63,925 nucleotides of DNA, from the NCBI RefSeq assembly GCF_001194135.2, contig NC_068989.1, positions 11,901,647 to 11,965,571 of the forward strand. Direction: 5' to 3'. The first letter of the stretch is position 1. Each line of letters begins with the position of its first letter. Shown here one piece after another: positions 39,402 through 50,458 of this stretch. The position numbers were made by a program, and so were the translations under genes. The notes under the pieces were generated by a model. That model was not told the origin of the DNA. It searched no databases and saw only the letters and a list, made by a program, of their open reading frames with translations. Origin of the DNA: Octopus bimaculoides (lineage: Eukaryota).

Positions 39402-40169
39402 TTTACGTTTTCGAATCAACCCGGGGTATTTCTCTTCGGTATTTCCCATAGAAGAAGACTAAAGTGCCAGACACGCGTCTGAGAACCCGCTGGATGGAAG
39501 CATTGTGTAGATATGGTGTTTTTTTTACACCTTTTTACCATAAGAGGGAATTTGATGCATTCGTATAATATCTAACAGTCAGGTCTGTTGGAAACAAGGT
39601 AGAAAAACTGCTGCGCTAGCGATGCCTATTGATGTTTAAAATCCTATCCACATCTGTTCATTCGTCATTTGGACAGTAAAACACAAATTACTTTACCATT
39701 AATCTCGTATTGAATACGGAAACTTTTCGGTTTTGAAATTATACGTGAGTCCCTCCTGATTCATATTCAGTCGCAAATACCACCAGGCACTTTTCCACTG
39801 GCTTTCGAGAGGAAGACAACTTTCAATAAACCAAGAATTGATGTTTTATTGTACTTATGATACAGTCATACGTCTGTTGACGAAATTCATGGAACTGGCT
39901 ACGCTCATGATATATATATATATATAAAAATATGTATGTGTGTGCGTGCGTGTGTGTGTATGTGTGCACGTGTGTGTGTATATATATATGTATGCGTATG
40001 TATGTATGTATATATATTATATGATTATATATACGCAAAATGTACATATATAAATGCTGATATACAAACATTATACCTATATACATATGTACATGTACAT
40101 AGACGTACACACNNNNNNNNNNNNNNNNNNNNNNNNNNNNNNNNNNNNNNNNNNNNNNNNNNNNNNNNN

Positions 40170-40240
<71 letters not shown>

Positions 40241-41712
40241 TGTATGTATGTACATATATATGCATATATAAATAAGCAGAAATAAATGAAATATACTTAT
40301 AAATATCTACGTCATTGAATTACACATGAACAAGCAGCATCTCTTTGATAATTGAGACGGAAAATACACGAACGTAACTTTCAATATTTTAAATTTTGAA
40401 TATTCATGCAAACTTGTACATAAGCAGTCACAGACTTTCATTCCCCCCTTAAGCATCTCCATCCTACTTATGTACATACATACATACATAAATATATATA
40501 TATACATACATACATACATACATACGTACGTACGTTCATTCGTACACACTTCAATACATTTAGAATATTCATCTTTAGCAATAATAAAATACATCTGTTT
40601 TAACAAGAGCACATACATGTCTCTTTGTCTCTCTCTCCGTCCTCCCCTGTGTGTGTGTACCCCCTCTCTCTCTCTTCGTGTGTGTGTGTGTGTGTGTGTA
40701 TGTGTGTGTGTGTGTGCTTGTGTGCTTCTGTGTTTTATGAGTGAGTCTGTTTAGTTTCTACGCGAAACAACTGAATGTTTGTTTTTGATGGACGGCTATA
40801 GATACAGCCGATATATATATGTGCATATAGTATAACTATCGAAGAAGCTAGATACATACANNNNNNNNNNNNNNNNNNNNNNNNNNNNNNNNNNNNNNNN
40901 NNNNNNNNNNNNNNNNNNNNNNNNNNNNNNNNNNNNNNNNNNNNNNNNNNNNNNNNNNNNNNNNNNNNNNNNNNNNNNNNNNNNNNNNNNNNNNNNNNNN
41001 NNNNNNNNNNNNNNNNNNNNNNNNNNNNNNNNNNNNNNNNNNNNNNNNNNNNNNNNNNNNNNNNNNNNNNNNNNNNNNNNNNNNNNNNNNNNNNNNNNNN
41101 NNNNNNNNNNNNNNNNNNNNNNNNNNNNNNNNNNNNNNNNNNNNNNNNNNNNNNNNNNNNNNNNNNNNNNNNNNNNNNNNNNNNNNNNNNNNNNNNNNNN
41201 NNNNNNNNNNNNNNNNNNNNNNNNNNNNNNNNNNNNNNNNNNNNNNNNNNNNNNNNNNNNNNNNNNNNNNNNNNNNNNNNNNNNNNNNNNNNNNNNNNNN
41301 NNNNNNNNNNNNNNNNNNNNNNNNNNNNNNNNNNNNNNNNNNNNNNNNNNNNNNNNNNNNNNNNNNNNNNNNNNNNNNNNNNNNNNNNNNNNNNNNNNNN
41401 NNNNNNNNNNNNNNNNNNNNNNNNNNNNNNNNNNNNNNNNNNNNNNNNNNNNNNNNNNNNNNNNNNNNNNNNNNNNNNNNNNNNNNNNNNNNNNNNNNNN
41501 NNNNNNNNNNNNNNNNNNNNNNNNNNNNNNNNNNNNNNNNNNNNNNNNNNNNNNNNNNNNNNNNNNNNNNNNNNNNNNNNNNNNNNNNNNNNNNNNNNNN
41601 NNNNNNNNNNNNNNNNNNNNNNNNNNNNNNNNNNNNNNNNNNNNNNNNNNNNNNNNNNNNNNNNNNNNNNNNNNNNNNNNNNNNNNTATATATATATATA
41701 TATATATATATA

Positions 41713-41880
41713 TGGGAGAATATACGAAAAAACAACAACAGACGAGGACAGGTGGTGTAAATAACAAAAGGATGTATTAATATGACGCTCGGGAATACGG
41801 AAAGTCTTTGACGTTTCGAGCTACGCTCTTCAACAGAAAGAATACCGAGACAAGGAGAAAAACACGGAGAAAAAAAAAAG
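41713..41880 (-). mobile_element. Short hammerhead-bearing Penelope-LTR-like repeat next to (TA)n
   Basis: Contains the hammerhead at 41805-41841; a diverged relative with the same core lies at 45660-45790. Confidence 0.65.
41805..41841 (-). ncRNA. Minimal type I hammerhead with CUGUUGA core
   Basis: UCUUU-CUGUUGA-A-GAGC(gua)GCUC-GAAA-CG-UC^AAAGA: 5-bp stem I, 4-bp stem II, palindromic ACGU helix III. Confidence 0.65.
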
Positions 41881-42036
41881 AAAAAATATATATATACTTA
41901 GATAGTTAGGTAAGTTTCGGCCAGTATTGGCACAGGCCATATTTAACTCAATGGCACCATCTGGAAAAGACATTTAAAGGTATTTCATATGAGTTATTCT
42001 TTGGGAACCTTAACCCATTAGAGTATATATGAGACC

Positions 42037-42365
42037 CCCTTCGGTCATGACTGACCTTGAGGTTGCACCTAGAAAGTTACCCTCTCAGGCACAAGTCTGG
42101 GCAAGGTTGTTTATGGAAGACCAGCAGTTGCCCATGCATACCAGTCTCCCCTCTCCACGCCACCAGTGTTATCCAAGGGAAAGGTAAAGGCCGATACAGC
42201 TTCGCACCAGTGATGTCATAACTGATTTCTACAGCTGAGTGAACTGGAGTAACGTGAAATAAAGTGTCTTGCGCAAGAGCACAACGCGCTGCCCGGTCCG
42301 GGATTCGAACTCACAACCTCACGATTGTAAGCTCGATGCTCTAGCCACTGAGACACGCGCCTTTA
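42037..42365 (-). mobile_element. SINE family C, full length (tail 1)
   Basis: Minus-strand A-box-like gtgtctcagtgg, B-box gagttcgaatccc, core and tail ending at ccttcggtcatgactgacc. Confidence 0.9.
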
Positions 42366-42377
42366 CAACACATTAGA

Positions 42378-43632
42378 ACAGAGAGTTATTATTTACAGAG
42401 ATATGTCTGGGGGCAGGTGGTTTATCTAGAATTCGTTGAGAGATATTCGTCCAGGAACTGTTTAAACATTAAGGGCTCTTTAAACTGTTTAAACATTAAG
42501 GGCTCTTATTTTCTCTTACGTGTCATGGTATGATGTTAAAAAGAGCAGGGTCAATTGAGGTGAAGTAGTTCTGTCTGAGTGTTANNNNNNNNNNNNNNNN
42601 NNNNNNNNNNNNNNNNNNNNNNNNNNNNNNNNNNNNNNNNNNNNNNNNNNNNNNNNNNNNNNNNNNNNNNNNNNNNNNNNNNNNNNNNNNNNNNNNNNNN
42701 NNNNNNNNNNNNNNNNNNNNNNNNNNNNNNNNNNNNNNNNNNNNNNNNNNNNNNNNNNNNNNNNNNNNNNNNNNNNNNNNNNNNNNNNNNNNNNNNNNNN
42801 NNNNNNNNNNNNNNNNNNNNNNNNNNNNNNNNNNNNNNNNNNNNNNNNNNNNNNNNNNNNNNNNNNNNNNNNNNNNNNNNNNNNNNNNNNNNNNNNNNNN
42901 NNNNNNNNNNNNNNNNNNNNNNNNNNNNNNNNNNNNNNNNNNNNNNNNNNNNNNNNNNNNNNNNNNNNNNNNNNNNNNNNNNNNNNNNNNNNNNNNNNNN
43001 NNNNNNNNNNNNNNNNNNNNNNNNNNNNNNNNNNNNNNNNNNNNNNNNNNNNNNNNNNNNNNNNNNNNNNNNNNNNNNNNNNNNNNNNNNNNNNNNNNNN
43101 NNNNNNNNNNNNNNNNNNNNNNNNNNNNNNNNNNNNNNNNNNNNNNNNNNNNNNNNNNNNNNNNNNNNNNNNNNNNNNNNNNNNNNNNNNNNNNNNNNNN
43201 NNNNNNNNNNNNNNNNNNNNNNNNNNNNNNNNNNNNNNNNNNNNNNNNNNNNNNNNNNCACTGATGATTCTTACCGAGCATGATCGAATCACCACATGCT
43301 ATGTTCTGTTCACCAGAAAACATTCAATTCACTTTAATAGTTTCCCTCGGATTCCAATGTTCGAAAGCTTCTTTAACTGCATGCGATAGTCAACCTTGTT
43401 GAAGGCCTAGCTGAAATTCAGGTAGATGACAAGCTTATTGGAGCCTTCACCCAGAGCCTTTAGGATATCATTAAAGTGATGCAGGAGCAGTGTTACGCAG
43501 TCCCTGCCGCTGCGGAAACCATGCTGTTTGGGAATAATTGAGCTGTTACTTTCCAGGATGTGAGTTACTCGAGATCTTACCACTCTCTCAAATAATTTGA
43601 CGGTAGAGAAGTAAGTGAAATCAGGCGGTAAT
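42378..43632 (-). pseudogene. CR1/Jockey-group LINE ORF2 remnant (RT domain and C-terminus) spanning a gap
   Basis: 43632-43259 reads NYRLISLTS..KLFERVV..KQHGFRSGRDC..VIYLNFS*AFNKVDY..KLSNIGIRGKLLK*IECFL; 42584-42378 reads TLRQNYFTSIDPALFNIIP..FKQFLDEYLST/ILDKPP..NNNSL; stops and frameshifts present. Confidence 0.85.
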
Positions 43633-43714
43633 TCACAGTTAGTGATTTATTGCGAGAGGATTAAGTGTCTATAAATTTAATCCGAATGCATTATATAAAA
43701 TTCGTTTATCAGGC

Positions 43715-43846
43715 AGATGTAGGGGAAAAGTCGTCCACATCGGCGGGATTTGAACGCAGAACGTAAAGACAGAAGAAATGCCGCGAAGCATTCTGTTATT
43801 TATTTTTTTTCGGTGCGCTCACGATTCTACCAGCTTCGTCGCCTTA
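43715..43846 (-). mobile_element. SINE family A 5' fragment
   Basis: cggcgggatttgaacgcagaacgtaaagacagaagaaatgccg...acgattctaccagcttcgtcgcctt. Confidence 0.8.
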
Positions 43847-44120
43847 TATATATATATGAATTTATCTTCGATAGGATTCGAACTCAGGTTGTAAAGAGAC
43901 GTATTGATATACAACTTGTATTTTCTCCCACGCTTTGCCGACACTGCTTTTCATCATCTCTCAATTCGTTATAAATAATGAGTAGAAGGTTTCTTCATCG
44001 CATCCACGAACTAATTAATTTCGCACCACTATATGGACGTTTCTAGAAATTACTGGTTATAGGATAATAACGCTATTTTATATTAGAATTTCATTTGTGA
44101 ATATGCAGTTGTTGTTGTTG

Positions 44121-44188
<68 letters not shown>

Positions 44189-44726
44189 TTTTGAAATTCC
44201 ATTTAGAATAAAATGATAACTTGTAATTATAATAAATCCAATACAAACTAATAGACAGCTACATTTGAATGAATATTAATTATTTTTTAATTTCTAAAGA
44301 CCTAATTTTGTTATGTTTCCGTTCAGAAAAGCTACCAGGAAATTAAAGTCAAATTTTCTAAATTGCTTAAATTTATATTCAAATATGGATTTCAGATATC
44401 TCAGTTGATTGAATATCAAAAATAAGTTGCTGAGAGCACAATTGTATCTCTTTACTGGCGGCACAGAGCAATATTGTAGGCCGAAATTATTAATCGTACC
44501 TTCCCATTCTACATGTATGTAGAATGTATTATGTGAATATCGCCACAGTAAACAGCAAGTGTACTGTATAATTAACGTGTGCGTCATTAATTTGCAATGC
44601 TTAATTTAATCCTCCTTGCAAATTAATATATTCATTTCTTACATCGAGTTGGATAGGTGGAATTGTGGGAGCGCCTGACAAAATGTCTTGTAATGTTCAA
44701 ATTCCAATAATTTGAAAACATTAAAA

Positions 44727-44881
44727 ATGACGCATTCATTGTGTGTTTCGTTTATACACCCATTAACTGCAAGATAACGTCCTACGGAACGTCCCTTCAC
44801 GACGCCGAGAGATGTTTTCCACGACGCTATGCCGCAGCTAATGGGTGTATAAATAAAACACATACACGATGAATACGCCAT
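44727..44881. mobile_element. Small foldback/MITE-like element, ~45-bp inverted repeats
   Basis: atgacgcattcattgtgtgtttcgtttatacacccattaactgc versus gcagctaatgggtgtataaataaaacacatacacgatgaatacgccat. Confidence 0.65.
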
Positions 44882-45726
44882 CGATAATGTTTACGTTATT
44901 AGAACTGCTTTAATTTCAATATTTTGTGTTGTAATTTCAATTTCTATCGAGGTTAATAACCCACCCCACATTTCTTAAGTGATAAATTTTTTAAAAAGCC
45001 AAGCAAATACAGAATCGATTAAATCAGGTAACGGTGGTGTCTCCGAGACTCCTTAAAATAAAAGATTACGATTAAATATCCCGAACAAATTATCTTACAG
45101 TAAATGATATTGATCTCAAACCCTCTCCCAAAATTTCGTGGCAATTTGTCAATGTAAATACATTGTTAATAGGCAATTTTACTGTGGTATTCGTCCCGAT
45201 ATAACATTTTCTCAGTAAGTGTTGTGTTTAAAAGTACCAGATATGTCGCAGGAAGACGAAATTCGTCCAAGCAGTGGCAAACGAGAACGCCAAATGCATT
45301 TGGACCTCAACGGCATTTGTCAAAATTGTGTGCTCACAGCTATCCACATGCTTTGACAACATTTGCGTAAGATGTTATCGCTGGATGAATCCCGCAGTAA
45401 AAATGCTGTTCAATGATGTATATACATTAAGTATGATACATAGATGACTATACATACATGCATACATTCACGAGCATAAACACACACTTATACACATATA
45501 TATACCTATATATATATATTTATGTATTTATGTATATAAACATACACAGATACTCACATAGACACATATATATACACACACACACACTCACATACATAGA
45601 TACACATACACACACATATATGTATATGTATATAGAAATGATTCAAAATGATACAAATGATAAAAACAAAATACAAAAATAGGTGAAGGAACAAGACACA
45701 GTGTATTGAATAGATGGAGGAAGTCA

Positions 45727-45760
45727 TTAAAGTTTCGAGCCTACGCTCTTCAACAGAAAG
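45727..45760 (-). ncRNA. Degenerate second copy of the CUGUUGA hammerhead
   Basis: CUUU-CUGUUGA-A-GAGC(guag)GCUC-GAAA-CU-UU-AAUG; core and stem II match 41805, helix III and stem I are mutated. Confidence 0.5.
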
Positions 45761-46648
45761 GAATGAGGAGAGAAAACATATAGAGAGAAATAAAAAAGAA
45801 AGGACATGAAAAACAAGTTGGTGACCAATCGAAATAAGTAGCACTAAACATTTCTTTTGAGTTGTAGCTATTTAACTACAGGAAGACCCAAATTTATATT
45901 ACTTGATGTTTCATAAGTGCAAAACATGTTCCTATTAATAGATGTATAAAGGCCGAGTGAAGAAAAATCGAAAGAAATTTTAATGTTTTTTTCTAGATGA
46001 GAATATATGGAGCTCTGTTATTCAGTTTGGCATACGTAGGTACTTTGGCTTGGCAGCGACAGCAATTCTTTCATTATATGCTCCGACAAAATGCAGCGGA
46101 CAAAATGTTTGCATCATGCGTGAGCAGACAGTCTTAGAGTGGTCTTCCGGTGTTATTGGCGGCAGATGATCTGAAGTTTATTATCAGTGACTATCTTTGT
46201 TGATAATAGTAGGACTAATAATAGGATATATCATTTTTTTTTCAGTTGACCGATAGTGCAAACTGTTGCATTATATACAGATTATCATGGAGGTAGAATT
46301 AGCAATTGCAAACTCTAAGTGAATAAGGATTGACCTTGTAAAGGATGCTCCAAAAGTCTCTACCTGAAGCGGATTAAATTGGTGGGATTTTCTACACCAG
46401 AAAAGCCATGGAAGTTCTAACCTGAAACCATTGACTATTATGTCTGTGTAGTCTTATGTGATTTCGTAGGAAGATGTGGCGGTGGCTCTTTACAGGGAAT
46501 AACTTTTGAAAGACAGTCTCCTCTAATTTGGGAGTGGGCAAAATTTGGGGAATATACTTGGTGATAGAGAGTGTAGACTCTGCGGGTACATTTTTGTTTT
46601 TATTGTAGCATCCAACGACGGAAGCAATATTAACTAAGCATGACTAGC

Positions 46649-46969
46649 TTACGTTGTTATCCATAAACAGTGACGTAATACACACATTCGAGGAGTTCTA
46701 TAGGTCTGACGTCCGTATCTTACATAGAGCAGTATCGCCCAAGGGAAGAACCGAGAATTGAACTGTGCAGTAAGTAGATTCATTGAGGCCACCTTAGTTG
46801 TGAAATACGGTACAGCTTGTAATATGGCTTTAATAAACGTCATTAGATTTATGTCAAATGTTGGGAAAGTGTTCTTTTTCAGCTGTTTATATATCACTTC
46901 TGCTTGTTTAATTGATCTTTTTAGTGTCAAGAATGAAACAAAATTGAAATCAGAACTGACGAAAATCAT
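46649..46969 (-). CDS. 106-codon ORF with weak GPCR TM5-TM7-like pattern, unverified
   Basis: Preceded by cctctgtag; ..DFNFVSFLTLKR..MTFIKAILQAVPYF..LLTAQFNSRFFPWAILLYVRY loosely resembles prostanoid-type NxxxDPWxY; the length alone is reachable by chance. Confidence 0.2.
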   Translation of the reverse strand: MIFVSSDFNFVSFLTLKRSIKQAEVIYKQLKKNTFPTFDINLMTFIKAILQAVPYFTTKVASMNLLTAQFNSRFFPWAILLYVRYGRQTYRTPRMCVLRHCLWITT

Positions 46970-47547
46970 CTACAGAGGTCATATTGTATCCTGGGCTCTA
47001 GATTTCACATTTTATCAAAGGGTACAGAGATAACTTTGTAACCTTTGATAAAATTTGTTTCAGAGGCCCTGTTTAGAAAAATATATACACTTGGAATGAG
47101 GACTATTGAATTTGTAAATTGTTATCAATACGAGTATTTCTTTTCTCTATTCGACATATAGATTACTGAACCTTGGGAAGGGTATTATGCCGGTAATACA
47201 AATACGAACATATATATTATACTATACCATTTATTGTTTTTTTTTCTCATGGCTTTAAAAATAACGTTTTTTCGTTTCATTAGGTTAGGTAGTCTTCATG
47301 TTCCTTGTACATTGCGAGTTCAATGAGGTTGACTTCCATATTTAACATCTACAAAATGATTAATTTATTACAGGTGGAAATGACTGAAGGAAAGAACAGT
47401 ACGACAATGAGACAGGTGTTATAACATGCAGGTGAGTATGTACCAATCGTATATATGAACATCGTTCAAATACTTGTCTAGGATGTTCGTGTGTGAAATA
47501 AACAGCTCTGTCTGAGATGCATAACAATTTATTTTGATGTTGGTATT

Positions 47548-47758
47548 ATTGGTTTCAAACATTGGTACAAGGCCAATAATTACGGTGATGGGTATAAGAC
47601 ACCGGTCCTACTGCACAATTACTATTTATGTTAGGGGCCCCGAAAGAACAAAATACAAAGTCGATCTCGGCAGAATTTGAACTCGGAATGTAAAGCCAGA
47701 CGAAATGTCACTGAGTATTTTACACGACTTGCTAATGATTCTGCCTGCTCACCGCCCT
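47548..47758 (-). mobile_element. SINE family A, diverged
   Basis: ggtttcaaacattggtacaaggcc tail; aaagtcgatctcggcagaatttgaactcgg...gattctgcctgctcaccgcc head. Confidence 0.8.
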
Positions 47759-49750
47759 GAATATGGGGAAATGAATTACAGCTGTGTAAAGATTAAGAAA
47801 TGAAACGGCATTGAAGGTTATGTGAAGTGACTAGGGCGTATTCGTAGTAGTAATATTGTTGTCTTGGTTAATGAGACTGTTTCCTCAAGACTTCATTCGA
47901 TGTTTTTAAGTTTATTGTTTCATTGAAGTAGTACTAATCTAGCTTGTATAATGTGTCTAGCTTGTATGAAGATTGTGCAAATAAGCGGGAGATTATGGAG
48001 AACTGCGGTTGATTAGATGCAACATCAAGTAGATTATTAATTTACAAAAGAAATACAGAGAAGGATTTAGGATGAAGAAGATGGTAGAAATAACCTGAAT
48101 AAAAGTGATGTTGTATGTTGTAACATCAATACTTTCTCTCAACGTATTATAGATACTGACGAGCAACGTAAATGAAGAGGAAGTNNNNNNNNNNNNNNNN
48201 NNNNNNNNNNNNNNNNNNNNNNNNNNNNNNNNNNNNNNNNNNNNNNNNNNNNNNNNNNNNNNNNNNNNNNNNNNNNNNNNNNNNNNNNNNNNNNNNNNNN
48301 NNNNNNNNNNNNNNNNNNNNNNNNNNNNNNNNNNNNNNNNNNNNNNNNNNNNNNNNNNNNNNNNNNNNNNNNNNNNNNNNNNNNNNNNNNNNNNNNNNNN
48401 NNNNNNNNNNNNNNNNNNNNNNNNNNNNNNNNNNNNNNNNNNNNNNNNNNNNNNNNNNNNNNNNNNNNNNNNNNNNNNNNNNNNNNNNNNNNNNNNNNNN
48501 NNNNNNNNNNNNNNNNNNNNNNNNNNNNNNNNNNNNNNNNNNNNNNNNNNNNNNNNNNNNNNNNNNNNNNNNNNNNNNNNNNNNNNNNNNNNNNNNNNNN
48601 NNNNNNNNNNNNNNNNNNNNNNNNNNNNNNNNNNNNNNNNNNNNNNNNNNNNNNNNNNNNNNNNNNNNNNNNNNNNNNNNNNNNNNNNNNNNNNNNNNNN
48701 NNNNNNNNNNNNNNNNNNNNNNNNNNNNNNNNNNNNNNNNNNNNNNNNNNNNNNNNNNNNNNNNNNNNNNNNNNNNNNNNNNNNNNNNNNNNNNNNNNNN
48801 NNNNNNNNNNNNNNNNNNNNNNNNNNNNNNNNNNCTTACCAACGTCTTGTCTATACATTTTTTATGAGATAAAAATATAACGCAAAGCATAATCTTTATA
48901 AACATTTGGTATAAATGATAGCTTAATGCATCATGACACATCGAAGTCTTAACTCAAAGACAAAACGCTGTGAAAATTGATAGTCTTTAGTTTGATGTCA
49001 AAATAAAGCAACTTAACGCCTTTGATGTTTTGTCAATTGGCGAGAAAATAACATGAATAATCATGCTATTTTATTTTAAGTTATCTTCAATAGTTTTCTC
49101 ATTGGTTTTCTTTCAGCTTCATGATTTGAGTGATTTAGTAGATATTATATTTTGATACATTGTCTGCATGTGTTGCCTTACTTTGTTTAAGCCATTACGA
49201 ATTAATGATAACTAGACGTTTTGACAATGGTGCTGATGTTAGCGACTAATATACTGAGACCGCTGTCCAAAAGGATAAAATGTCTGACGTGTGAAATTGC
49301 CCGTGAGGAGGAAAATAATTTTCGTAGATACGTTTAGTGACGTATAATAAGTAAATAAATGTGTATAAAAATATGTACACGAACACATATATTGAGAGAG
49401 AAGCACACAAAATTACACACACATATATTTGATAGATATATATTCATAGATGTTAGTGTGTATAATTTGCGTGCGTGTATGTATAGACACTTGTATGAAA
49501 CGTATTCTCATGATATGTATGTAAATGAACACGCACGCACACACACACTCACACACACTATCTATCTATACACACACACATATATATATATATGTTATGT
49601 ACATATATATATATTATATATATATTAAACCCACGCGCACACACACACATATATAGACATACACACACACGAATGCCAGCACACATTTTTTGATATATAC
49701 TTTACTATATGTTATATACATGTGTATGTATCTATGTATGTATATATCTG

Positions 49751-49785
<35 letters not shown>

Positions 49786-49880
49786 ATATATATATATATA
49801 TTATGATTGACCGTTGACTGAACACTATTCAATNNNNNNNNNNATATATATATATATCAGTATATCTATCTATCTATCAG

Positions 49881-49932
<52 letters not shown>

Positions 49933-49949
49933 CATACACACACATATTC

Positions 49950-50160
49950 AATTCTTTTATTCTTTAACTTGCTTCAGTCATTTGACTGCGGCCATACGGA
50001 AGCAACGTCTTTGGTCGGGCGTATCGATCCCAGGACTTATTTTTTGTAAGCCTAGTACTCATTCTATCGGGTTCTTTTGCCGAACTGCTATGTTACGGGG
50101 ACGTAAACACACTAACATCGGTTGTCAGGCAATGGCGGAGGGCGACAAACACAGACACAA

Positions 50161-50212
<52 letters not shown>

Positions 50213-50368
50213 GACGGGCTTCTTTCAGTTTCCAACCACCAAAGCCACTCACAAGGCTTTGGCTGGTCCGAGGCTATAGTAGAAGAGACTTGCCCGAGGT
50301 GCCATGCAGTGGGACTGAACTCGGAACCACGTGGTTGGTAAGGAGTCTACTTACCACACAGTCACTCC
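49950..50368 (-). mobile_element. SINE family B, full length with central (CA)n(TA)n
   Basis: Head (as at 17066) and tail (as at 14810) joined through a dinucleotide tract in one element. Confidence 0.9.
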
Positions 50369-50415
50369 TATGTTATGTATATATATTTTATATTTATATA
50401 TATTACACACACACA

Positions 50416-50458
<43 letters not shown>

